DNA of 64,000 nucleotides, taken from Lama glama (Eukaryota). The stretch is taken from assembly GCA_028534125.1 (NCBI GenBank), contig CM052817.1, positions 47,804,001 through 47,868,000 of the forward strand, given 5' to 3'. This document shows, one piece after another, positions 40,221 to 53,689 of the stretch (position 1 is the first letter of the stretch; each line of letters starts with the position of its first letter). Below the pieces are notes generated by a model. That model had not been told where the DNA came from, did no database searches, and was given only the letters and a program-made list of their open reading frames with translations. The position numbers and the translations under genes were made by a program.

Positions 40221-40360
40221 ATATAAAGTTCAACATGAGACTGCATTTTGACAAGAAGCTTTTCCTCTAAGCAAGGTTCAAAAAATTTTTTATACCTTCT
40301 GCAGGATCTATTAGTCTACAAACAAAATAGTTCATGATTTAAATAACTTTTTCATTTCAG

Positions 40361-40387
40361 ATTGATGCTGAAATGAATACTCTGTAG
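40361..40387 (+). CDS. GC: GC exon 12 coding part (exon continues as UTR to 40412)
   Basis: ttcatttcag|; IDAEMNTL-TAG; donor AG|GTAAGT at 40413. Confidence 0.95.
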   Translation: MDAEMNTL

Positions 40388-40899
40388 TCCTGATGCATGT
40401 ATATCACCTTAGGTAAGTATAGTTTTTAAATGCAGCAAAGAATCTAGCTTTGTACAAAGTATTTTTTAAATCATAAATGGGAAGGAGGCTATTTGTTCAA
40501 ATTATTCTATTATCTAGTCAAACTCATCTTAGAGATGAGAATATTAAGCATACGGAAAAGTCAAGGAGCTTACACAAGAATATACAGCCAATTTCTGACC
40601 TATTTAGGACCAGAATCCAGGTCCCCAGCCTGATACTATATCCGTCATAACCTCACATCTAAGATAATGACAGCGCAGAGGTCATTTCAGGGATTTTAAT
40701 GCATTCAGTAGGAAAAAAAAAAAAAACTGAGTTTAAAGACAAAGTCCATAAAGCCTTAAAGATAACACAGCAGGGTTCTCAGGAGAAAAGAGAATTAAAG
40801 CAACACTGTTGAAATATTATCACTTGCTTCTTTTTCACCCATGAAAAAAATGCCTGATATAGATATTGAGTATAAAATAATTTAGACATAACTTTATTG

Positions 40900-41067
40900 T
40901 TACTGTTTTTAATCTTTCAAAAAATTTTTGTTGCTTTATTACATTTTTGTGTGTGTTTTTTAGGGGGAGGTAATCAGGTTTATTTTTTTAAGAGAGGTAC
41001 TGGGGATTGAACCCAGGACCTCTTACATGCGAAGCATGAGCTCTACCACTGAGCTATGCCCTCCCCC
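40900..41067 (-). mobile_element. vic-1-type SINE (antisense)
   Basis: ggggattgaacccaggacctc...ctctaccactgagctatgccctcccc is the reverse complement of the 29089 element. Confidence 0.88.
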
Positions 41068-41364
41068 TAACTCTTCATATTCCTACAAAAATATTTTCTC
41101 TCCAGATTTAATTGTATTCATTTTAAAGATATTTCTTCTGAGATTTAAAATATGATTAAAAAAACCCACAATGGTTTTGGTTTATCTCAGATCTTAATTG
41201 AACTGAGGCTTTTCAATGATATAAAATTTTAATTTTACTGATGGCTTTTCCTAAAATGATATGAAAGCAAAAGCTATTGACTAATGAAATTCAAGCTTCC
41301 GACTATCAAATATTTGAATCACTAGAAACAGTAAGAAGAAAATTAACATTATTTTTCTGAGAGG

Positions 41365-41590
41365 CAGTACGATGGGGATGATCAAGGAAACTCGATTTTG
41401 GAAATCACGCAGTCTGGATTAGTCTGCTCTCCTATCCGTCTTTGTAAACTTGAGCAAGTTATTTATACTCCCTAAAGCTCAGTTCCCTTTTCTGTAAGAA
41501 GAACACTGTAATCTCTACCTGTCAGCACTGTCACAACAATCAGGTGAAATGACGACATACATAAAATTGCTAGAGAATAGTAGCAGTAAT
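41365..41590 (+). mobile_element. MIR SINE
   Basis: ttgagcaagtta...ctcagttccctttt ctgtaa core. Confidence 0.6.
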
Positions 41591-41634
41591 ACTAGCAAAG
41601 CTGTTCCCACCGCTGCTTATACCACTGATACAAC

Positions 41635-42074
41635 TGTCAACTGAAGAAAAACATTCACCCTGAAAGTTGCAAGTTAGGTTTTACTTGGGGACTTACTAAG
41701 AACTATAGCTCTGAGGGACTGCTCCAAAGAGGAAAAGGAGGAGCCACAATATGAGTTTTTTGCTGAAAACAAACATGTAGTTGAACATCAAAGCTTACTG
41801 CTAATCACAAAGAACAGATATCTCAAGTGAATGAATTTAGTACTTTTCTTTGTATGGGAAGATGCTCGAGTCTGAGCTCACTGAAATTATTCCTTAGATA
41901 TGCATCTTAACTGTCTAGGACCAAGAGCTAGGAACCAGAGCACCAAAAGTTTCCCGTTTTCCTCCCTCCTGAAATCCTCTCAGGGGGCACCATCAGGGCA
42001 GATGCAGTGGCTGATGGCTGGAGGGCAGGCAGCATTGTTGTTCACTGAAATGGCAGCAACAGTCTTCCTCCACA
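41635..42074 (-). mobile_element. ERV1-type solo LTR (resembles cetartiodactyl MER41-like LTRs)
   Basis: TG...CA ends; motifs gactgctccaaagagg, tgtatgggaagatgc, ctgagctcactgaaattattcctt; family from recall; no clear TSD. Confidence 0.65.
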
Positions 42075-44490
42075 GTCTGAATCTGAACTAAAACAAGTTT
42101 CCCTGACTATAGATTCTTGTGCTTTGGCATATGAATATTATGTCCTAAGGAGAAAGTAAGTTCACTGAATAATTTTTGGAGAAAAAGGTTCCAAGCCACA
42201 CCTGATACTAGTATGTCAATTACACTTCAATTAAAAACAAAATCCAAGTTATTTGAGTGTAAATATTCTAGAGTTAAAAAAAATAGTATCCGGTCTTTGC
42301 TGCTAAACTAATCGTTTCCCCTCATTTAAATTAATCCAATCTCCCTTTATTTTATCCCACATGTCATCTCTATATAGAGTTAAAATCCCAACACCCAACA
42401 GGTATCTCACCTCCCACCATTCAAGACATCTCTAGCTTCCATAAGAGTCAGGGTTGTTTGGAAAGCTGTATAATAACTTCGTCTTTTAGTTTGTCTTTAC
42501 TGGATTATGTTATTCTCTAGGAACTCAGTGTGTTTTCTTGGTATCTCATGTACATTCATATTCTTTCAGTCTCTGGGAGCACAAATGCAAAAGGAGAGGT
42601 AACACTAATTTGATGGATTAGGGTTTTTTTAACCTAACACCTTTCAGAAACACTTTTAGTGCTGGCTAAGTCAACAGGTGAACTGTTTTTTCAGTGACAG
42701 ATTAATGAGGATTCTAATACACTGATTCTTCTGGTTCTAGTCATTAACTTCATCTTCTATGAAAGCTTTTTTTTAGTATTTCTCTCTTATTAGTCAATAT
42801 TCTTCTATGGCCTTTAACTAGTCCTTCAATTTCTGCATCACCCAATTATTTGGCCACAAACACATTTTGATCAACTGGAAGGAAGCCCTAAAAATCACTC
42901 GCATATTCCTTCCATTTGCTTCCACAATGTGTATGGACTTTTGAGCTCTATTTACCCACTGCCTGTTTATTAGAATAACGATCTGCAATTATGAGGGTGG
43001 TTATACTAGGAACGGTTACGTCCAAAAGAGCAGATTTTACCTTGTTCACAAGGCTGTGGGACTGGGGCACTTGTTATCTAGACATAATGATGTCACAATC
43101 TAAATGTTCTCTGAGGTTTCCAGAGCACAGCCAGGAGACTTTGGTTCTTGGGTTGCAGAGAGAATTCTGTAGCTCTATAGAAGAACCCTGGATTTATTCA
43201 ATTATCAGTAACATTGCCCCAAAACAGTCCCAGCTGGGAGCTGCTCTGAACCCAGCATTTGACTTTGATTCCAAATAAATAGTGAACACTTGTGTCCCAC
43301 TCCTCTCCCCAGTAGACTAGCCTTTTCTTCATATTTTAAATTGCTCTAAAAAAACTGCTCTAAATGTTTCCATTTTTTCCTATGAGTTTTCTTCCTATAA
43401 CAGGTATGTTCTAGATGACAGAAGTGGCATAATATTTTAGCATGAAACAGTTCCTCAAACTATTAAACCAACTTTGGCTGACTACGGATTTCATTTCAGG
43501 GAAAGCCTGTCCCTCCTTAAGAGATTTGAAAACTTGTAGACACTGAAGCTTTTGTCTCAGGGTATTCCCATCCTTAGTTACACTTAACAATTCTTGTCGC
43601 CACTCAACAGTTTGATACCATTTCACTCTTAACACAAGTCTTTTTAGAAATCCGAGTTGTCATCTTGACAGTTACTGGTCCCCCTGATCAATTTCTTCTA
43701 GTCCTGAAACTGACTGCGGCCACTTTTGCATGCCTCATTAGAGGAAACTACGGTCTTAGTCAATCTCACAAAGCCAGTTACCTTTTTTTCCTTCAGTTTT
43801 GGAAATAGTGTTCCTTGGGTTGCCAGCAGAGAAAGTTGGCAGTTGGCTCACATGGCAGAATCAGGTTAAACAGGAACTACTACCAGAATCACACTCAGCA
43901 CAGCTAGGTACTCACACTATGAGAAAGAGGAAAGCACCAACACGTCCCCATTTCCTCCTCACTCCAAGGAATAAACTCACTGAGGACAAAGACAGGATTT
44001 CCTGCACTGTGCAAATAGAATTACGATACAACTCTGCTGTAGCGTCTTGGAAAAGAAAATGAACGAGGGGAAGACACATATGCCTCATTACAAAGCAGAA
44101 GGTGATTTGATAAAATGTCTTCACTTGGTGTTTTACTAAAATAACAACTACTGAACTATGATCCAGTCCCATGACTGAGGGGCCTCATGTGCCATTGGTT
44201 GCTTTTTTTGGCTCTGACGATGATTATTTATACTCATAGGTCATAAAGTTACATACACCATTACTTCAAAGAAAAAACTGTATGATGTACTGTGGTGTAA
44301 CAGTGAGGGTCTGGGAATTTCTTAGATTTTATTCTGGACCCATCAGGTGGGCAACAGTGGATATACGGGTCTTACTAGACAGGTTTATCTTTATACATAA
44401 TAACCTGACTGTAGATGCATCTCTTGAGCACTACGATGATTATTGCCTGTTAGCTCTGTTTTTCTAACATTTTTCCCATTGTTCTCCCAG

Positions 44491-44662
44491 ACCTAGAGCT
44501 GGAGAATTCCCCCGGGAATGACATCTGATGACCTAATCTAAGCCAAACCTGAGCTCCTAGGGAAACAGCTAGGACACACCCTGCTTGTATCAGCTACAAT
44601 ATCCTCGTACAATGATAAGTATGATGATTTGTTACCAAAATAAATTGATATATGCAAACTAT
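44491..44662 (+). other. GC: GC exon 13 (non-coding, 3' UTR)
   Basis: Pyrimidine-rich acceptor ttctcccag| at 44490; sequence resembles the GC 3' UTR as recalled (gatgacctaa..., gctacaatatc..., gtatgatgatttg); contains AATAAA; 3' end approximate. Confidence 0.88.
44639..44644 (+). terminator. GC: GC polyadenylation signal AATAAA
   Basis: AATAAA about 150 nt into exon 13. Confidence 0.85.
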
Positions 44663-46787
44663 AAATGCAGCCGAGCATGATGTGACAGTGTTGACCTTCA
44701 GCGCTGTCCCTGTGACCTTCACAAAGATACTAAAGGAGGCAGCCTCAATCTCGCCAGCCCCTGCGTTTTTCTAGATCTCTGCTGGTTATTCTAAGATTCA
44801 CAACATTACACATCTGCTGAGCCCCATTCCTTGATTGCTTCTCAGGCTTAATATGTACCATTGAGGAAAAAGTTAGCAGCCTTCCACCAAAAATAGCCGG
44901 GACTCACTCATACCTAAGAAAATACATTTTTTAAATTAAAAAAGGAACCTCCTAAAGAGGTCCTTTCTTGCTCCCAGCTGCAAGTTGTACAGCATTGATA
45001 AGGTAGTATCTGCCTTGTGAAAAGAAAACCTTTGTGGTCTGAACAAGTTTATTGTTGCTAAATACGACTCCTCAGAGCAATTTATTGAGTCAAAGTTCTA
45101 AAAACAATGATTTCAGCTTAATTCAATTTACCATATATACGCTATATGATATTCTATCTATGTGCTTTCTCTGCCCAGATAAACTGAAGGTGTTCTAACT
45201 CAACATATTTTGCTTTGAAAGAAGATTGTGTTTTCTGAATAAATACCCCTCTGAAACAAATATAAGCCAAGGTAAACCTTCTATATTTCTAGTTAACTGC
45301 TTCAAGAAATTGGAACTCATCTCATGGTAGATGTAGCATTTTATGGTAGAGATCAAGCATTTTTTAATAGCAAATGTAACTGGAGTCATACTGATCAAAA
45401 TCATCCCTGGTCCCTCTCAAGAATCTAAGTCCCAGCAGGTTGCAGTACTATAAATGGCTATTTAGTGCACTTCAATTTAATAGCACTGAATCCAAAAGGA
45501 AGACTATTGTGTATCACTGTTGGAAAAAAATGCACTGAATTCTATTTTGAGGGTTTGTATTTATGAGTGCAAGTTTACAAATCAAAGAAGCTTTTTGTTA
45601 TGTTGGGCTTGGTCAGTAGCACTCAGGTGTTAATGGCAGACTGCTGTGTGTCTCCACCCCCCATTCTCTCTCAATTTGTAGCTGCCTTGTCTATTAACTA
45701 AAGCAAGGTCAGGTGCCCAAGCGTTCAGCTGCCAAGAACTAGGAAATCAAATGCCTGCCCCTCTCACGGCTTCTAGAGCAGAAGGTGCAGTCCTGCCTCC
45801 TGCAAAGGTTCCAAAAGGGGACATGAACCTCGAATAGGGAAGTTCTTCAGATGATGCCATGAAGCCAAAAAGCAACAAACTATGCACTACATATGGAGGC
45901 AGCATTTTAGATTTTTTTCGCTTCCAAAATCTACCCGCAGAATCTTTAAAACCAACTCTGAGAGGTAAATACCACTGATAACATGCCAGGAATGAGACTC
46001 CTTTAAGGTAGATGAGTGGCCTACGGTAGCCGAGTGAGTGAAGACGAGACCTGGCTTCTGTTCCAGCATGCCACGCCAGGTTCATGGGCACTTAAAGTGC
46101 CCCCTGATTAATTTAGTTTGGAATCACAATATATGTCCCTTGTAGAGTCAGGACTTAGGGTTACAGTTTAGTACCATCTAAAATTTAACCACTGACCCCT
46201 TTTCCTTTGGCTGTGACTTAGAATTATTGCTCTGTGAAAGCAATTTTGGAAAATTCTGCTCTGCTTTTATTTGGGAGGTTACATTTATAAATCACTCATG
46301 AACGACTTACACACCAGTCTGTTTTGGTCTTTTTATGCTTGAACAGGTAGAACTAAGAAGTCAATAAATATTACACAATTGGTGGAAGTAGTGTTTTCAT
46401 GATTTCCTTGAATAGTTTCCAGCAAACTCTTAACATCTTTCACCTTTTTTTAATATTAAGAATCACTGACCCAAATATTCCATCATTTTAGTACAAGTCT
46501 TAATTTCAAACTTTATGTGCATAAATTATGCCTGCATTTGTTCCATTTTGTGCGAAGCAGAGATCTTTTGAGAAGATACTGCCAAAACTTGTGATTCCTG
46601 ACATTGAAGAGAAGCTTTTAATTCCCACCTCCTTGTCAACCATAGCAGATTTTACTGGTTAATGTCTATTATATAAGTAGTCCTCAGTTTTTTTTATACC
46701 TCACATAACACCTTCCTTCAGAAACACTGGTTTTCATAACAGAAACAAAACAACAATACTTTGTTTCTACAAATGAAATTTACAAAC

Positions 46788-47173
46788 TATCAGCCAAGAG
46801 TTCTCCAAGGAAATAAAACTAACAGGAGAGAGATTAATTTATTTTTAAAACTGACTTACGTGACCGTGGAGCTGGCTAGTTCGAAGTCTGTGAGGCCGGC
46901 GGACGGTCTGGAAACTCACACAGGGTTTCCAAGCTCCCGTTTCGAAGTAGAATTCTCCTTCTCTGAGAAACCTCAGCTTTTGCTTTTAAGGCCTTCAGCT
47001 GATTGGCTGAGGCCCACACACATCATGGAGGGCAATCTTTTCACTTAAAGTCAGCTGGTGGAGAGATGTTAATCACAGCTAAAAATACCTATGGCAACCT
47101 CTAGACTAATGTTTGACTAAACAAATAGGGACCATAGCCTAGCCAAGTTGACACATAAAATTTAACCATCACA
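46788..47173 (-). mobile_element. MLT2-type (ERVL) LTR
   Basis: aaggccttcagctgattggctgaggcccacac; end ctagccaagttgacacataaaatttaaccatcaca. Confidence 0.85.
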
Positions 47174-48530
47174 CAAGCCTTCTGTTATTTTTGTTGTGCT
47201 TTACAAGGTTTAAAGGCTTTCAAATGGCAGTTCTCATGTCCTTTGTTTTCCTGGATGCCTTAGGTCACCCCGCAGGTGATTCTTAAACCAACACCTGAGA
47301 AGCATCACCTTAAGTGATCTACACAGGACTATTGTCTTAAAATTCTTGAAAAACGAGCTTATTTTTGTGGAGATTTAAATTTTAAAACAGAACAAGGGAA
47401 AAGCCTTTCTATTATGTCATTTAATTCAACAGTAACACACTCTAATAAAGTAAGAATTTAATCAGTGTAACAGTTTATTTCCGTTTGGTGATAAACAGCT
47501 AAAAATAAGGGCAAGAAGGCTTAGAAGGTTGTCTTTTTATGCCTCTGGTCTCCCTCTTGTGTACACCTCCCCACCACGTAAGTCTCACTCCCACTCAACC
47601 TATAGACAGTGATTTTCTGTTCAACCAAACCTGCAAATCACTGTTCCAGAAACTTGGCACTCTCACCCCAATTAGAAAAAGGAGGGCTTCTGAGATCAGC
47701 CAGTTAAGCACCTGTTGGCTAAGTGGCTGATTAGACCAGGGGAGGGAAATTTTCGAACACTGCTTTATCTCAATCTGCCATTGCATTATGAAAATTCTGT
47801 TGAGTATGGAATGGAATTTTTTCTCCCATTATAGAAAACCCAGTCACAGATAATTAAAACAAAAGATGTCCTTTCCCAGAGGCTATTTCATCCTTGCCCA
47901 TTTCTTTCAGGATCTGAAATATCATTTTTCTCATTAGGCTAAGAAAGTACCTAATTTTTCCTTCCCCACCATAAAAATTTCATGGTTTCATAACTTAAGT
48001 TTTTTTTTGGCAAATTCTGGTTTACAGTTAACAATAGGGCCTACTTATTCATTCACAGATCAGGGTCTCGAGATTCCTATATTGCTTCTACCCCTGTAAG
48101 AACATTTGTTAACAATGAATCCTGTGTCTGTGTCCTCACTCTTGTAGCCTTCCTGTGCTACGCCTCAGAAAGGCCTGCCCATTTCAAATCAAAATCTTTG
48201 CTCCCACCTTGTGGATAACAGATATAAATGCAGGTGGCTGTGCAAAAATCTACTCTGAAATCCGATATTAATAACATTGATGGTATGTAATCACCTGGAA
48301 TAAGTTTGCTTTGTGCTACAGCTCTATTTAGAACAACATGAAAAGCTTAGAGCCAGATTAACAAAATACAGAATTTTCAGCTTCTATTCTCAGAGATTTT
48401 AACAACGGTGTCTATTTGGCAACTTTGTGCACACCTACCAACTGATCCACCTAAAGTTTTCGTTCGGTTCCTTAGAATGTTTAAAATTTTGAGAAAAAAA
48501 AATTTAATCTCTTGAAAGATAGCAGTAGTA

Positions 48531-48686
48531 GGGGGAGGGGATAGCTCAGTGGTAGAGCACGTGCTTAGCACGCACGAGGTCCTGAGTTCAATCCCCAGCA
48601 CCTCCATTAAAATAAATAAACCTCATTACCTACTCCCCGCCCAAGAAAATGAAATTAAAAAATAAATATTTTTAAGTGTTTTTAAA
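48531..48686 (+). mobile_element. vic-1-type SINE
   Basis: GGGGGAGGGGATAGCTCAGTGGTAGAGCAC...GAGTTCAATCCCC; TSD aaagatagcagtagta / aaagatagcattaata with 2 mismatches. Confidence 0.9.
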
Positions 48687-49000
48687 AAAGATAGCATTAA
48701 TAATAAAGTATATCTTCTCAAAATTAAACTCCTACTAAGATTAGGTTAAAAATAGTAAAATATTTCACTTTTTACATGCTGTATTACTTTTCAAAGGACT
48801 TTCCCACATTACTTATCTAATATTCATTACAGTCACATAAAGCAGATAATCCATGTCCTAATACATCTAATTTACAGATAAAATGGGTTCAGTGAGATGA
48901 ACACATTGATGACAAGCTAACAGCAAAGACTGATCTAACAACAGCAAACATTTACTAAGCACTTCCCTTAAATCAGGGAAGGCACATACTACTTTGTAAC

Positions 49001-49490
49001 TGTGCCACTTATCTATTGCTTAGTAACATGCCACCCTGACAGAGCAGCTTAAAAGAATAACAATTATCAAATTTGCTGATGAATCTGGGGGTTAATTAGG
49101 CTCAGGGTTTTTCATAGTTACAATCAGGCAGTGGTTGGGGCTGGAACCATCGTGAACGCTGTTTCATCATATAAGCTGGCCTGGGCTGGAGGGAATCAAG
49201 CAGCTGGGGTTTGGAACAGTGGGACTCCGTGGGCATCTCTCTCTAGCTGGTCTCCAGGTGGTCTCCACATAGCAGTCCCAGGGCAGCCCAACTTTGCACT
49301 TGGTGGCTGAAGGTTACCAGAGTGAATTTCCCAAGATATGATGGCAGAAGTTGTTCCTTCTAATTGACCCTCAGAAATCAGGCAACAGTGCAGAGACCCA
49401 CCCAGTTTCAAGGGAAGGTGAAATAGACTGCATTTTTTTTTTTGGATGAATGGAGTATCAAATAATTTGCAGGTGTTTTAAAACCACCAT
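49001..49490 (-). mobile_element. MLT1-type MaLR LTR
   Basis: ttatctattgct..gtaaca start, cccacccagtttcaaggga, ttaaaaccac end. Confidence 0.7.
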
Positions 49491-49765
49491 CTATACATTC
49501 TTATACATTAGTTTCATTGACCTCTATGAAAATAGGTACTACTATTGACCACATTTTACAGATGGAGAAGTTGAGGCACAGTGTATTTAACCCTCCCACG
49601 GTCAACAACTTTGAGTCTGGACTCTACACTCTTAACCTCTATACATACTCCATTGCCACTGAATTGGTCGCTGGATATACACCAGCAATTCTGAAGGGTA
49701 TTTTACTATCAACCATAATTATCAGGTTTAAAAAAGTAGAAAAGAAATATATTTATATTTCTCTT

Positions 49766-50072
49766 CAAACAGAAACAGACTCACAGATACAAAAAACAAA
49801 ACTTATGGTAACCAAAGGGGAAAGGGAGGGGGAATAAATTAGGAATTTGGGATTAGCAGAAACAAACTACTATGTACAAAATAAATAAACAGTAAGGCCC
49901 TACTGTATAGCACAGGGAATGGTATTCAATAGCTTATAATAACCTATTATGAAAAGGAACATATATGTATAACTATATTTGTATGTATAGTATATATGAA
50001 TACTATGCTGTATGCTAGAAATTAACACAACAGTGTAAATCAACTATACTTCAATTAAAATTTTTTTCTTTA
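49766..50072 (+). mobile_element. L1 3' end with TSD
   Basis: Family motif; ATATTTCTCTT duplicated at 49755-49765 and 50073-50083. Confidence 0.88.
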
Positions 50073-51080
50073 ATATTTCTCTTTATCCCATTTCCACAAG
50101 AAAATCAGATCTAGCCAGACTATGTTTTGCAGACTATGTTTTAAATGAGCATTTATTGAGCATCTGGTCAGCAGTGACAAAGGACAGTCCCCCTCATCAG
50201 AGGAACTTCCAGTCTAATAGGAAAGACAGGCATGATACCAACAAATTGGGGAGTGAAGGACACCAGCAAGAGAAGGGAATCACTAAGATAGAGCTAAAAA
50301 AGAAACTGGTTGGTAGCAAGTCTCCAGATTTGAACATTAGCACAGGCTCCTGAAGGTGAGATGCTCTGTCTGCTATTGTCAGATGCCGGGCAGATCACCT
50401 TGTGGTGCTCCTTGCCCCGCACAAGAGACCTGCCATCGGTCATCTCCTTTCCTGCATCTCCCCAGCCAAGTCAGCTTGGAAAGTCACCATAAATTGTTTA
50501 GCTTTACATTTTTTGTTTACTTTAGTGATAGGTGGAAAGATGACACATCCAATGATACAGTAATTAAAGGAAGTCTTGCTGCCGCCACTACAGTCAGACT
50601 CTGGACAACCTCCCTGAGCAAACAGAGAGGAGACAGAATATGTCTTCCAAGACCCTCAACAACCAGTTCAGAACTTTCTTTTGTACTCTTTACTTAATCC
50701 CCTCATTTATTCAAACTCTCCTCCAGGTTTTCTGTGTTCTGGTAACATCTTAACGTTTATATGTTTGTTCGACTCTTTCCAATGTGTTTGTTCTTTTACC
50801 ATGATATTTGATATCCAACCTCCAAATTGGGCTATAACCTTATGTTAATTTAATTTAGCATTCTCATTCCCAGAAATATTTGTTTACTTAAAAAAATACA
50901 TTGGCTGAAATTAGAAGCCAAAGACTCAACATGTAACTCGAAGTTTAGAAACACAGGGATGGGAGAAAATATTTTAGAACAGTGGCTCTCCAGGAGACCA
51001 GATTACAGCATGATGACAGGTCTTTTCTGCCCAACCGACCCCGTAGGGATCTTACCCACTCTTCCAAATTACCCCTGCCT

Positions 51081-51538
51081 TATTAAAAAAAGAATAAAAT
51101 AGTGTCATTTGCAGCAACATGGACGGAACTGGAGATTGTCATACTAAGTGATATAAGCCAGAAAGAGAAATAAAAGTACCATATGCTATCATTTATATGT
51201 GAAACCTTAAAAAAATGATACAAATGAACTTATTTACAAACCAGAAACAGACTCACATAGAGAACAACTTACGGTTACCAGGGCGCAAAGAAAGGAGGGG
51301 GAGGGATAAATTGGGAGTTTGGGATTTGCAGATACTAACTACTATATAATAGATAAACAAGGTCCTACCATACAGCACAGGGAACTATATTCAATATCTT
51401 ATAATAACCTATAATGAAAAAGAGTATGAAAAGGAATAATATATAGATATATAAATGAATCACTATGCTGTACATCAGAAATGAACACATCATAAACCAA
51501 CTATACGTCAATAAAAAATAATAAAATGAAATATAAAA
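51081..51538 (+). mobile_element. L1 3' end with TSD
   Basis: Exact 15-bp TSD AAATTACCCCTGCCT at 51066-51080 and 51539-51553. Confidence 0.9.
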
Positions 51539-53689
51539 AAATTACCCCTGCCTAAAACAAAACCATCTCAGCTACGTAGCAATGCAGTGCCCTGGAAAAT
51601 GTAAGACATTGACCCAAATTCATAGAAATGCATAATAAGTGAGACAACAGATACATTCTTAAAAATAAATTTTGTTAGAAAAGAAATGATGCCAATAGCC
51701 ATTAACAGGGGTAAGATTCAAAATATTCAACAACTGATATGGCATAGGTCCTGAAAATCAGAACAGGACCTGGACAACAAGAAGCGATGGCATCCATTCA
51801 TGACTGGCAACTGGTTCAGTCATATTGGGGGAACTATCTGGTATCCCCTCGCCATTAGGGAATGGAGTAGCTGAGAGAGTTGGAAATGCCTTGGGGAAGG
51901 AAAAGGGGCACCAAAAGATAGAGTGAAGGAGTCTAAGATAAATTTTACTCATTTGGAAAATTCTAAGATCAACATGCTTGTCATTGGCAGTGGCCATGCA
52001 GAATATGACAAAACACTCCTAAGGCTGGGGAAATAATGTAAAGAGAAGCGTATGTCAAATGCAGACTTGCTGAACAGAAATAAAATCAGTAACATTTGTA
52101 AAAAATTAATTTCTTTATTGATCATCTGAGAAGTAGTTCATAAAATAAATTTAGATATTATAAATATAATCAGATGAAAATAAGGAACTAATATAAGCTC
52201 AGAATAAGGCCAAAAGTGCTGCAAACTTAACATAGAAGGAAAAAAATGAGTTTTAACCAACAATAAGTTTTTCTTATCCAGTCTATCATATATAGGTCTC
52301 ACTGTCATTCGTATGTTCCCAATTATGATGCCTAATATACTCAAGTTAAATCAACAATTATACTCAGCTCTAGTTCTCCAATTCTACTAGATTCTACTCT
52401 AATAGATTGTTTCTGTGTAAAAAGCAGAGAATTACATTGTGAAGGATCATGAGTGATTAACTCAAAAGACAGCAAGGATGAAGCCTATGATTGCTTTTCA
52501 TTCAAATAAAATTAATACTCTCATCAACTGGCAAATATAGAAAGTCAATTATATACTTTTTAATTAGCACAACTGCATTTAAAAATTGTTAATGTTCTAA
52601 GCATTTCCATATTTGTATAATGCAAATATTGAGGAAAATTTTCCGACATGTTAAAAACCTTAAAACAGCATCGTTATTGCCATAAATTTAGGACAGATCA
52701 CTGTTCCTGAAAACAGACCTTCCAGATCTTTTTTCTATTTCTTAGCTATTTTTGAAAAACAACTGTGAAGCTGGGGTATGCTATAGTTTAAATACTTAAG
52801 AAGAAGAAACTCTTCTCTCAGGAGCACCGGTCCATGAGAGTGGTCACTGCCTCCACCCCTCTGCTTAAATCGCAAGGTAGTGTAAGGGAAACACCGGACA
52901 AAGGACAGGACGTCTGCCCAGACACTCAGACCGGGAGAGCATGCTCCCCACAGGGCCCACATGCCTTCGTTTGTGCTCCAAGAGCATCACTGTCATCTGC
53001 TTCACAGGCATTTGAGGCACAAGAAGATGATAAACGATGAGTCATTTGAACTCCACTCTCTGTCTGCCTTGCTCACCCATGAGATATCAGCCATTTCTGC
53101 TACTTTATATGAAACATACTAATGCCGATCTCTCCCAGTCAGAGGCTGATTTGTGCAACTGTCAGCTGATAGCACCATCTTCACAATATAGAAACAAGGT
53201 TTATCCTTGCCCTCTTCACCCTTCCCTCCTTAATGACAGACTCATTTTACCCATGGCATAAGATGCTAAGAACATCAGTGATGTCGACCTTGCAGGACTG
53301 GCCCTTTTTTCTATACACAGACAAATAAGCACATTATTTGATTTTAAACACAGTCATAACACAACTTCAAAACACCATCCACACTTCCCAGCCTCTATAA
53401 TTTTAAGTCATTCCGTTCTCACTTAATAGCCGGGCTAAGAAGGAAGGAATGTGTGATTCTTATCTGCGTTACGCAAGTAGATGGAAAGAAAAGGGATTTG
53501 GGGGAAGACGCCTCTCTTCTCGTAGTCCACAGTTCATTTTATTCCCCAAACAGAAAGCTCTCCCCTGCACCGGGTTAGGCAACAACTCTGCCTCGTTAGA
53601 ATTTAAATGAAGGAATTCTATTTCTTTCTTCAAAGCCGAACAGCAACAATAGTTCTTGACCAGTAACTCCCTTAGATCCAGGCACACAG

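Noticed and set aside
35396..40360. Relics of the two albumin-family exons missing from GC
   Set aside because: No Cys-patterned albumin-like coding remnant was visible; the loss is ancient
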